64,000 nt of DNA from contig OZ374564.1 of the NCBI GenBank assembly GCA_977862235.1, positions 2,666,001 to 2,730,000 on the forward strand. Reading direction: 5' to 3'. The stretch is from Dudresnaya verticillata (taxonomy: Eukaryota). Under the pieces are notes generated by a model. It had not been told where the DNA came from, did not search any database, and saw only the letters and a list, made by a program, of their open reading frames with translations. Shown one piece after another: positions 52,300 to 62,562 of this stretch; positions within the stretch are counted from its first letter, which is position 1; each line of letters begins with the position of its first letter. The position numbers and the translations under genes are program-made.

Positions 52300-52680
52300 A
52301 TCGGACTGGCGACCGATAGCTTCTGCATGCGTATCAGAATGCTTGCAGCTTGCGGATCGAATCCGTGCTCATCCGCAGTTGCGCTCTTCAACGACCTGTC
52401 AGACCGCCTCTGTTCGGTCTTGGATGCCGCAGAGCTGTGTCGCAATGTCCACCCGAACCTGGGGTTTGTCCGGGACGCAGATGACACATTTCTGCAAGTC
52501 TCTTCAGTTCTGCAGGAGCTCAACGCGGACTAAACCCTGTATGATCCCCTAGATCGACTGTATGACGATCACCTACGCCATCTTCGCAACGCCGCCGATC
52601 GTGCGAGATTCGTATCTGATGAGGACGTGTTTATGGCGAGATTTCTCAAGCACGAGTTTGAACGTGGCGGTATAGCTCTT
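52300..52680 (+). pseudogene. Mitochondrial intermediate peptidase-like (peptidase M3) N-terminal fragment
   Basis: FNDLSDRLCSVLDAAELCRNVHP...LQELNAD*TLY...FLKHEFERGGIAL resembles the MIP/Oct1 N-terminal helices. In-frame stop at 52531. Confidence 0.7.
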
Positions 52681-52697
52681 GGGCGTCGTGACCCGCG

Positions 52698-52935
52698 ACC
52701 TGGCACGTTTACTCAATGGAGTGGACTCCGCACAGAATTGCCTTCTTTCATGACGGTAGGCAGATTGCCGATGCATATGACAAACCGCGCAACCCCACGA
52801 AACGCAACTGGCCATTTGATGGGGAAACCCCTTTCTACCTCATTATCAACAACGCCATACACCCGAGCTGGGGAACTGAGCCTCAAAACCTTGAATCGCA
52901 TGTACTGGAAGTTGATTATATTCATTTCAGAGAGT
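52698..52935 (+). pseudogene. GH16 glycoside hydrolase C-terminal fragment
   Basis: WHVYSMEWTPHRIAFFHDG...WPFDGETPFYLIINNA...LEVDYI. The catalytic ExDxxE region is absent. Confidence 0.8.
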
Positions 52936-55004
52936 ATCCGATGCAGCAATGGTGCGCTCTCCTGCTTGTGTACCTGCCACGGCACTGGTTTGGTCCAGTC
53001 TGTCAGTTTGGTCTATCTGTGTCCAGTACTGCACTGTAGTACGCAAGACCGGCCGACTGCCGTCACAAGAGAAAAGTGTGCCCTTATTCAAACCATTGAA
53101 CCACATCGGACGTTTTACTGTTTCAGTCCACTACCCTCTCACGGTCAGCAAGGGCTGAGCAGACCGGCAAATAAGATGGTGAAGGGCGCCGAGCGAACAA
53201 ACGAAGCGCGAAACTTGTCGAAGAAGAAGCAGCTCTGCAGCAGCTACAAGAAGTGCGGCGCACTGTAGTAAGAAAAGAGCGTACGTCTGTTCTGGGAACA
53301 GAAGTCCAACACGAGATATCGAGACATTGGGATATGGTTGTCACACACGAACGAGTTGTAAATGGCACTCTATTACACAGCACTGTCGTCGAGCACTACT
53401 TGCACATGGTATGCGCAGTGTTGAGTGCGTGAGAGCGACGAGAACGCTACTTGTATATGCATGAGGATAAAAGATGTCGGAGGCGAGGCTATATCGACAA
53501 CAATGCACTGACGCTAACATGGAGTACTAATCTAAGCGGACTGCATGGTGGAGATGGAGATTGCAGAGCAGACGTGGTGGCTTAGTGGATGAGGAAGCGG
53601 CAGAAAGCCAACTCGAGAACGACTTAGTTCTGGCTGCTTCATGCAAGCAGCTTAGGATGCGCTGGAACATGCTGTTCCGAACTATCTACAAACTTCATCG
53701 AACAATCTTGGCATCACCAGCGGTGACGATTCGATACACAGCATGGGGGCTCGGGACCAGGTAGCAGATGAGGTGCTTTGGATGACGGAGCTAGAAGGGC
53801 TCGTGAATGGCTGGTGCCGCAACTATAGGAGTCGGTTCGGATTATAGCGTGTGCTCCAGGGCTTGGAGGAGCTTGTTCCACTCTTTTGTTTCTAGCATGA
53901 TGCTCAGGCGCCGGTTGGAGTACAATGCAGTGGTGCTGCAGCTATTTGAGCCGTCTTGGAACCTCTATTCGCCCCTGAAGCACCACAAGCCCGGAGTCAA
54001 GAGCATCAATAGGAGGGCACTGTGCAATAGAAAGGTGGTATCGCGGACTGCCTGGGGCTTTCACAGTCTCTCTGTGGCTGCGTCGGTTCCCCCGTGTCGA
54101 CTCGAACTGACAAACAGTATCGCAGCCAGAATACAATGGTAGTCAGCTCTGACCCCGTAATAACGGGCTATTCTGGCAGTTGTTCTCGCAAAGGATGGAA
54201 AGGGAGGCTTGCTACGTTCCTTCTATCCGCACAGTAGTAGCAGAAACTTGCTTGAAAGGTGACTCTGCGTATGTGCGGCCTGCGATGTGAGGATCTGTGA
54301 TGATCTTGTCGTCAGTCTGCAGTTCTGACAAAACCAGCAATGGCTGCTCGTGTAACATATCCGCCACAACTACGCAAAATTGGCCATTGATCAATCGTGC
54401 ATAAGTTCCTCTTCATTCATGGTTGCAGCACGTCCAATGTTAATTGAAAAGCCGTGCGAGTGAGCTTCTGGAAGACACGACTGTGCGGTACGATTGCAAA
54501 ACCTGATATCAACGGTAACACGTTTACAAGTGTGTTCACGCTGCTCAAAAACGAAACTCGTCGAGCTGCGACTCAGCGAACATTCGGACGCCTTAGGACT
54601 TAGCCTTGTTTCAACTCTTAGCGAATACAACATATTATATTGCCAGAGCCACGGCATCCTAGAGGGACAAGTCTAGAGGTACCCCTAAAAGGCTGCAACT
54701 AGAGTTCGAAGCATTTAGATGGTGCTGAGGGGCATAGCTGAAAAGCCGCAGTCGCTCTTGTTGAGAACTCGATGGGGAGTCTCCGTTTACTCGTAGGTAT
54801 TTCTGATATGGCGTGCGGTACTGGGAACTGTTATCTACCGTGCTGTATTTATCTTGACAGCCAATGTGTCTCACTCACGCTCACGCATCGACTTTTGTGT
54901 CTGCACATGTCAACCAATTTTGAGGTTGCATGTTACGTTGGCGTTGCAACCCGACTGAGCAGTTCCGCCCCCCATTGGTTGCGCCCTGGGTGATCATGAC
55001 CGGC

Positions 55005-55270
55005 GTTGGGGTGTGTGTGTGTCCGTGTGTGTGTGGGTGTTGTAACGGGCGTTGCCGTTTTTTGCGGCGGAAGCGGGCGTTGCGGTATGTGTGTGTGTGC
55101 GCGGTAGTGTGTGGGTGTTGCGCAAGAAGCGGGGGGTGAGGGATATGTGCGTGCCGGTGTGTGTGGGTTTTGCGGAAGAAGCGGGCGGTGAGGTGTATGT
55201 TCGTGCGGGTGTGTGTGGGTGTTGCTGCGGAAGCGGGCGTTGCGGTGTGTTTGTGTGTGTGCGTGTTTGA
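55005..55270 (+). repeat. GT-rich degenerate minisatellite
   Basis: (GT)n runs alternating with GAAGCGGG(C/G)G motifs, about 4 units. Confidence 0.8.
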
Positions 55271-56052
55271 GGCGCGATGGCCTGTTGGCGGTTTGTATCG
55301 GTGGGGGCGTGGCAGGCTGGAGCAGCGGCACGCATGCCTGCCGTTTTGTGGGAGCCGGGGTCAATGGGCGCGCGAAGATAGTAACGGAACGCTCAACCGG
55401 TCATCAAAAGTAGCCAAGGGCGGCGAGGAGTGCGGCGCACAAATACAAAATAATGAAAAGCAGCCACGGAGGGGAGCCCACGTGTCTTGCAGAGGCGAGC
55501 TTTGAAAATCCAGATCACCGACGACACTCGACGCCGGTTTGGGGCGGAACATAAGAGCGCCGAGCGTGCACTGTCCACCCCCCCAAGCGCCGACTCTTTT
55601 CCCAACCACTGCGCCGCGACTTCGCCCACCCCAACGCCCCGCGCTCATCTCAACTCGCCCACTCTCGCAGCGCCGCGCTCCCTCCTCCCCGACCCGACAC
55701 CGCAAATGCCGGCGCCCTGCAACGCGAAAGTCTGCTCTGCACGCCCTTCCCGCCCATCTCGCGCACTGCCACAACTTTCGCACGCTACACCCCGCCTTGC
55801 TTCCGCCGCGCGCAAAACGCCTGTGCAGTCCGCCCGCGCACACTCCGAGGCGAAAGCGCATCACTGCGGCGCAAGCGCATCACCGTTACGTGCGGGGGCG
55901 CAAGTTATCGTTGCCGACAGGGCCGCCGCGACGCGACTACTTTCCCGTACCGCGTGCGAACAGCGCGAAAACGACACCCTCCATCCTACCGTTCGCCACA
56001 GCGAATCCGGATCCGATCCGGATCCGATCCGGATTCAGAACCGGATTTAGAA

Positions 56053-56468
56053 CCGGATAGCACCGTAATATTACGGTGCTCTCCGACGCGAGGCCCTAAC
56101 CGCCGCAACCGAATCCGCGAACGGCTCACCGCCGTGCGCGTCAAGAACCGGATAGCACCGTAATCCTACGGCGCCATCTGGCGAGCGGTTCACCGCCGCG
56201 CGCGTCAAGAACCGGATAGCACCGTAATCCTACGGCGCCATCCGGCGAGCGGTTCACCGCCGCGCGTGTCAAGAACCGGACAGCACCGTAATCCTACGGC
56301 GCCATCCGGCGAACGGCTCACCGCCGCGCCCATCAAGAACCGGATAGCACCGTAATCTTACGGAGCCATCCGGCACAAGCCACTAACCGCCGCAGCGGTA
56401 TCCGCGAACGCCTCATCGCCGCGCGCGTCAAGAACCGGATAGCGTCGTAGTCTTACGGTGCTCTCCGG
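56053..56468. repeat. Cluster D: palindrome array (64-bp core units) immediately upstream of the orphan ORF
   Basis: Copies start at 56053, 56148, 56212, 56276, 56340 and 56435; spacers TAATATTA, TAATCCTA, TAATCTTA and TAGTCTTA. Confidence 0.95.
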
Positions 56469-56485
56469 CTCCAGTCTCGACAAGG

Positions 56486-59400
56486 ATGGCCAATAGTCCG
56501 AGGAGAGGGCGAGGAGGGAAGAATCGAGGGAAGCTGCCATCTGTCCGTGGTAGGCGGCCACGAGGAGTAACCGCCGTGCCTCCTGCAGCCGACCCAAATG
56601 ATACTCCTCCGGCAGGCGAAGCTGACCCAACTGTTACTCCTCCGGCAGGGGACCCAACTGTTGACAGCAGCTCTAAAGCAAGGTCGAAGGCGACACCACC
56701 GAAGGAGGTTTCTGAGGGGGTAGCAGGTGACGCCCCCCCATCTGTACGGAAGCCTTCTTCAAATTTGAAGAAAGCATCCGAAACCGCGATTGGCCCACGA
56801 CTACGGAGCGAGACAACTGCAACGGCCCCTCCGCAGTCTTGCAGCCAGGATGATTCATCTCTGACGCCTGCAGTAGCGGGTAAGAGCACAGGGACGCCCA
56901 AGAAGAATTCTGGGGAGCCGGGAACGAAGGCGTCCTCGGGTGGAGGGGCCGAGAAACGAGGTGGTGATCCCACATCGAAACCTCCCCAAAAAGCGGGTAA
57001 GGTCAAGACCGCACTCCCAAGAAACGTGGGAAAAGGCGATGAAGGCAGAAGTCCGCCTGTATCGCGCAAACCAGTACCGCGCAAACCAGCAACCCGCGAT
57101 TTTGTGGAGAAGGGGTCGTCAGAAGTCGGCAAATCCGATGGAGCTGTGCACCCCTCACCGCCGCCGAAAGGGACCCCAAGGGCTCCGCCCGGGCCGCCAG
57201 AAGCGGCTCCGAGTGCGCCGCCAAAAGCGGCCCCGAGTGCGGCCCCGAGTGCGCCGCCAAAAGCCGTCCCGAGTGCCCCAGCTGCTGCTACAGCTGCGAA
57301 ATCCTCTCAATCAGGTCAAGGGGTGCGACCGGCATCGGGCGAAGAGTCACCAGCGATTGCAAAAGCTGCGGGGAAACATCCAAAGCCCGCCGCCCCAACC
57401 CAACCAACGCGGCGGAATAGGGCATCCGATGGAAACCTCCCTAGCACGGGAAGTGCAACTACCGGTAAGACGAGAAACAGCCGAGCCCCTTCTGGACTGC
57501 GCAGTCAAGCTGCGCACAGTGACGCAGGCAAAATGCCGGTATCAAGTAAGGGTCCTCCAACCAGTGCTGGCGAACCAGTGTACTACAACGGGAAATTTAC
57601 CGAATCGGTCACCGGCGTTGGAGAGGCTTCTGCGACGGGCACCACAATGTCGATGAAGTCTAAAATGCCCCAGCCTGCAATCGTTCTCGAGTATTGGGAC
57701 AGTTGGAGGATGGTGAACCGGCCTGGTTCAGATCTTACACAGTTATTCAAGCAGCCAATTGGACATGCTCTATACCCGAATAATGGAGATGGGCAGAAGT
57801 GGCCCGTCGCAATACCACTGTCAAACATTCGGATAGCAACGGCGAACAATATTCGTGAAGTGCAAGAATCGTTTCTAAGTGGCGGGGATGGAGAGGCAAG
57901 GTGGCATGAGGGTTTAGGCGCTGCAACCCTGATGACGACCGCAGCTGCGCTTGGAATTCAAGTCCCTGACGAGTATCTTGAGAGGATACAAATTGCTGAG
58001 AAGTCCGCTCCAGGGAACCCGGCTACAGGACCAATTCACCTCTATCGTTACAAGAAGAGGTACCGGCCCCCCCTTCCAGACGCTTGGAAGCTTCCGCCAT
58101 TTGGCGATGCATATGTCCCGCCCGATGCCCGCATTGGAATCGAGGATGGTAACGTGAGACTGTCCGCTGCCGCGATCACGGGCGTTGAAAAAGTTCGAGC
58201 GCACGTTTCTGTTTTTGTTATCCCTCAACAGCAGCTTGAGGGGATGACCGGTGATCCGTGTGATATCGCTGCTGCTGGGAACTGGCTGGAAGGGATGATG
58301 ACCACAGTTGCAAACAGGCTTAACGAGGCAACTGCCAGTATTGGTACGACCACTCCTGTTCAGATGGCCCTGTCGTGTGCCCGACTGCGTACAGGTACCG
58401 CCCGGCAGCTCCCGTCTCGTGTATGGATGCCACAGTCGGATAGGATCGGTTCGAAGAACAAGACCCTAAGCGAGGTCAGGGCAAAACTCAGGGAGGCTCT
58501 CGACGATATAATCGTCATCTCTGATGAAGAAGATTGTGCAGAACACTCCGATGAAGACAAGCAGGCCAGTCAAGAGAGAAACGACACAGAAGGAGCTGAT
58601 ACGGCCCCGGTGGGCCCGGAAGCGGCCGCCGTAAATTTACCAGGCACTCGGTCCCATGGCGCCTCTACCCTCGTCCTGCCTATTCCAGGCGAGGATGAAG
58701 CTATGTCATACATAGGTACCATCCGAGAAGCTTCGAAGCAAAGGAACAGCGAGGCACCTCCCCCTGCCCGTACTGAAGCTGGTTGCCAGGATCCCGCGGG
58801 CATCAAACCGCGGGAAAAGAAGAACTATGAGATAGCCCCTTGGTCTGGCGTGATCCTGTCGACAAACACACCGGGATATGAGGAGAGTCAGCCGCGGGTA
58901 CCGAATGCAAGCGAGTATCTGGCCGGGGCTTTTGTAGCAGGTGAACGCCACGGTATAGTTGCGCGTTCTGTGATTGGAGATTTGAAACCCGCAGAGAAGC
59001 GCAAGAGGAATGAAATGCGGAAGAAGCGGTCGGGTGAGAATGGTCTTTCCGCGGAACAGTCTGAGGCTATGAAACGCCTTCGAGTTCAGACGCATGGCGA
59101 GGAAGGAAGCCGAGCAGTCCCTGTGGAGGACCTAGAAGAACATCAGAAAGCCGCTGTGGAAGAGGCGAAGGAAAAGAAGACCAGTGACAGACAGTCGTTC
59201 TTGGAGATGGCCAAGGAGAACTCTGATTTCTTGTTCGTGTGCGGCGGTGTTGAGATAGTCGAGAACAAGATTCAGCATCGCTGTATGGCGTGTTGGCTAG
59301 ACTATCAGTTGATTCGGCATGATAAGGCATGCACGTGGGCCCTGGAAGTGCTGGATGCACGTGATTCTCCGGTGGAGCTTGGTGGTGTCAAGCGGCCTTT

Positions 59401-61153
59401 CGTGCTTCCGTACGAGGGCGGGAGGTACCGTTGGATGAAGACGGAGATCAACAAGGCGTGCGACATGTTGTTCACCCCGCTCCACCATGCTTCCGGTCGT
59501 CGCCTGCTCGGTGAGGGCACAGCTCGCAGGTACAAGAATGACGATGTCGCCCTGTACAACATCATGGAGGGCGAAAGGCGTCTGGTTCGCAGTGAAGTCA
59601 CAGGCGTAGCGATGGTGACGGCAGTCCAGCGCCTCGATGCCTACAACGAAGCGACGGAGACGGGGAAGGCGGCCATTGGAGGATATCGACGGGCAAAGCC
59701 GTCGACAAATCCAGAGAAGTGTCTGGAGGAGCCGCAGTCCGAACACTACTACTACCAGGAGTCAAAGTTCTCGGCCCAGACCGCCTTATTAGCAGAGGCT
59801 GCAAAACTTGGGGCGAGGGCGGCAGTTGCAGCGACACGGCTTTGCTGTGGGCTTCTCGGTCTTCGTTCAGTGAACTGCATACTCCTGGCCGGGGAATGCG
59901 AGAGTAGGTTACCCCGACGGACGTCGGAGGCATATGAGTGGTTTGCTATTAACGTTTGGCATCGTCGCCCCCAGACGAGACATATGTTGCATAGGCGGGT
60001 GAGAAGTGGGACTGGAAGTACGACTGGAGCTGGGTGTGTACTAAGAATCGTGAACAAGGAGCAGATGGCCTGGGGGATGCACAGTCTCGATAATCACATG
60101 TGTGCCATTGTGGTGATGGCTCTGCCTGGGCTTCAGAAGGTCCTTCGCGATCTGGTATTTACGGACAAGTATGATGTGGACTTGTGGGCTGGCACGAAGC
60201 AGAGTGGGATGCGTGTTAAGGACCCTGTCGACCGGGCCCGAATGGGTGGAAGCCGCTTTGACTATGATGTCTTTCGTGTTCTGGAGAAAGCAGCTGGTCG
60301 ATACAAGTGGTTGGAGGACGCCTGGCATGATTTGGAGATTCCCTCGCGTATTGCCCGTGTGCTGTACGCTATTCAGACTCGCGACCCGTGCGTTGGGGAC
60401 TTGATGTCCCAATGCATCATTCTCTCGCAGAGACCTGATGATGAAGCCCACCAATCGAAGGTGGTGATGCTTGAATTTGTCAACCAGGACGAGTTTAAGA
60501 AAGACCGCGACATAAACGTGAGGCTGACTGACAGGCTTCCGGAAAGAAGATCTCTGGGGCCAGGAGGTGGGGCATCTGGAGAGGTGATGTCGAATCTTTC
60601 CGGGGGCGGCGGGAGTCGAAGGGGTAGTAAAGGACGTAGGGATAGCAGTAGTAGCGCTGGTCGCGGTGGTGGAGGCGTGGGTGGTGGAGGCGGAAGTGGT
60701 GGTGGGCGTAAGAGAAACGTTTCTTGGCGCCGCGCGCCGCACAACACCGTCGGAAGCATAACTGTTGGCAGAGCTACTGAGGCGCTGCGTGTGGCAGATG
60801 CTGAAGAGCGGCAGAAGAATTTTACTATGGTTCTTGCTAGTGCTTTCGACTTGTGTAGAACGCACCCGGAACTGATTGACAATCACGATCTGGACAAGCG
60901 TGCCGAATTACTTGAAGGGATTCTGAATCAACCAGTAGATGGACTGCCGGACATCAAGAAGGAGTTGCCGGAACCTGAAGAGTTTATGGACGAGGTTCAA
61001 ATTGTGCATGAGCATGTTATGACTCAAGTGCAGTCTGCCAGTCAGTCTGCCACTCAAGCCGAGTCCCGGAAGGAAGGGCGAAAGCAAGCAGAAGATCATG
61101 CAAGGGGTGGTATCGATAGTGATGAGGAGTCTTCAGAGAATGAATCCACGTAG
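56486..61153 (+). CDS. Large hypothetical protein (1555 aa), no recognised domain
   Basis: Uninterrupted 4.67-kb ORF. Pro/Ala/Lys-rich low-complexity N-terminus, globular-looking middle with RCMACW, Gly-rich patch and acidic tail. Confidence 0.85.
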   Translation: MANSPRRGRGGKNRGKLPSVRGRRPRGVTAVPPAADPNDTPPAGEADPTVTPPAGDPTVDSSSKARSKATPPKEVSEGVAGDAPPSVRKPSSNLKKASETAIGPRLRSETTATAPPQSCSQDDSSLTPAVAGKSTGTPKKNSGEPGTKASSGGGAEKRGGDPTSKPPQKAGKVKTALPRNVGKGDEGRSPPVSRKPVPRKPATRDFVEKGSSEVGKSDGAVHPSPPPKGTPRAPPGPPEAAPSAPPKAAPSAAPSAPPKAVPSAPAAATAAKSSQSGQGVRPASGEESPAIAKAAGKHPKPAAPTQPTRRNRASDGNLPSTGSATTGKTRNSRAPSGLRSQAAHSDAGKMPVSSKGPPTSAGEPVYYNGKFTESVTGVGEASATGTTMSMKSKMPQPAIVLEYWDSWRMVNRPGSDLTQLFKQPIGHALYPNNGDGQKWPVAIPLSNIRIATANNIREVQESFLSGGDGEARWHEGLGAATLMTTAAALGIQVPDEYLERIQIAEKSAPGNPATGPIHLYRYKKRYRPPLPDAWKLPPFGDAYVPPDARIGIEDGNVRLSAAAITGVEKVRAHVSVFVIPQQQLEGMTGDPCDIAAAGNWLEGMMTTVANRLNEATASIGTTTPVQMALSCARLRTGTARQLPSRVWMPQSDRIGSKNKTLSEVRAKLREALDDIIVISDEEDCAEHSDEDKQASQERNDTEGADTAPVGPEAAAVNLPGTRSHGASTLVLPIPGEDEAMSYIGTIREASKQRNSEAPPPARTEAGCQDPAGIKPREKKNYEIAPWSGVILSTNTPGYEESQPRVPNASEYLAGAFVAGERHGIVARSVIGDLKPAEKRKRNEMRKKRSGENGLSAEQSEAMKRLRVQTHGEEGSRAVPVEDLEEHQKAAVEEAKEKKTSDRQSFLEMAKENSDFLFVCGGVEIVENKIQHRCMACWLDYQLIRHDKACTWALEVLDARDSPVELGGVKRPFVLPYEGGRYRWMKTEINKACDMLFTPLHHASGRRLLGEGTARRYKNDDVALYNIMEGERRLVRSEVTGVAMVTAVQRLDAYNEATETGKAAIGGYRRAKPSTNPEKCLEEPQSEHYYYQESKFSAQTALLAEAAKLGARAAVAATRLCCGLLGLRSVNCILLAGECESRLPRRTSEAYEWFAINVWHRRPQTRHMLHRRVRSGTGSTTGAGCVLRIVNKEQMAWGMHSLDNHMCAIVVMALPGLQKVLRDLVFTDKYDVDLWAGTKQSGMRVKDPVDRARMGGSRFDYDVFRVLEKAAGRYKWLEDAWHDLEIPSRIARVLYAIQTRDPCVGDLMSQCIILSQRPDDEAHQSKVVMLEFVNQDEFKKDRDINVRLTDRLPERRSLGPGGGASGEVMSNLSGGGGSRRGSKGRRDSSSSAGRGGGGVGGGGGSGGGRKRNVSWRRAPHNTVGSITVGRATEALRVADAEERQKNFTMVLASAFDLCRTHPELIDNHDLDKRAELLEGILNQPVDGLPDIKKELPEPEEFMDEVQIVHEHVMTQVQSASQSATQAESRKEGRKQAEDHARGGIDSDEESSENEST

Positions 61154-61684
61154 GTTGCAACGCTTCGGGCGCCTCCTGCAGTGAACCTGCTAACCAGTAA
61201 AGTTCAAACGTGTACATTCTATCAGCTGATGCGCCTAGTGAGAGGGAGAGTTACGAACGGTCTGTAGACATGTTGGTATCCGACAGACAAGGACAATACA
61301 TTTACTAATATTGGATCTCGGAAAGGACCGATATAGCTGGGCGGAGACGTATGGGGAATTGTAGCAAAGTGACATGGTTAGCGATTGGACTTGCGTCTCA
61401 GCCTGGACCTCGGAGGCGGAGGCGGCAGGACATGCTTTGCGCGGTCAATAGCAAGGAATCTTTGTTCGAGTCTCTGGAATGCTTCTTCTCTGGATAATTT
61501 GGGTTTGTTTGGCTGCTCTTGCCGAGTTCTGGCTGGTCGAGGTGCGGTTTCCTTTCGGGCAGGTGTGTTTTGCGTTCTTGCACGACGGGAAGTCTTGGAG
61601 ATACGACCTCGAGAATGACGGCGGTGGGACTTCACAGGTGGTTTCCTTGGAATGGAGGAGCGAAATCTTCGCCGCGAGTCCTGT

Positions 61685-62430
61685 GTGAAATCAAAATCGG
61701 AGCTAGAGTCAGTGTCTACGTCAGCCGGACCGGGGGCAACACTTCGAGGCATTCTTGAGGGGGTAGGTATGAAAGGACTGGATGTGTGGATGGCGGTGTC
61801 GCGGTGAGAGAACTGTAGGGGGAAGCAAACCTATGAATAGCAATTCAGAGCCGAGCAGTTGATGAAACAGCAGTACATCTTGAAATTGAAAATTTGTAAT
61901 CGGGGTAATGAAGCACTCTTAATAAATCACCAATCTCCGGAGAGCTCGTACGTACCATCGATGTTTAATCGATTCAGTCGACAATGGAGGTTGTCTATTC
62001 GAAAGCACTGTAATCAAGCGACACATTTACGTCATTTACGTCTACGTCTTCATTTGCGGAAACGAACGCAGGTAATTGTCCCGGTGTTGGATACTAGGGA
62101 AGAGGTTAGAGGTTAGGGGATTGGAGGGCCGTATCAATGGGGTAATAAGTGGACGCAGGACTTCTGCGTGAAGTCAAAATCAGAGTCGGAGTCCTATTTA
62201 CAAGTTCGCAGAGCCGCGCGCAACTCATCGAAGAATTCTTGATGGAGTGAGCTAAGTTTCGACTGGAAGTGATGTGTGTGTTGCAGGCCCGACCCAGCGA
62301 GGCACCGCCTGATGAAACAACGGTGCATTTCGAAATTCAAAAATTTGTAATCAGAGCAATGAAGCACTCTTCAGTAATTGCACTCGTCAGTAATCGCCAT
62401 TTCCGGGTTTCTACAGAACGTACCGTCAAT
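61685..62430. repeat. Diverged direct duplication (offset about 450-480 bp)
   Basis: GTGAA.TCAAAATC.GAG...GAGTC at 61686/62168; GATGAAACA...GAAATT.AAAATTTGTAATC...AATGAAGCACTCTT at 61861/62311. Confidence 0.75.
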
Positions 62431-62562
62431 TTAGTCGAGATTGTAGTCTGTCTCCTTGCAAGCCCTCTTTCAAACACAGCGAGACGACATCTCCCTCTGC
62501 AGAATTGAGGGAGTCCACATCTCCCTTTGCAGAATTGAACGCAGTTCGCTATCCCGCTTTGA

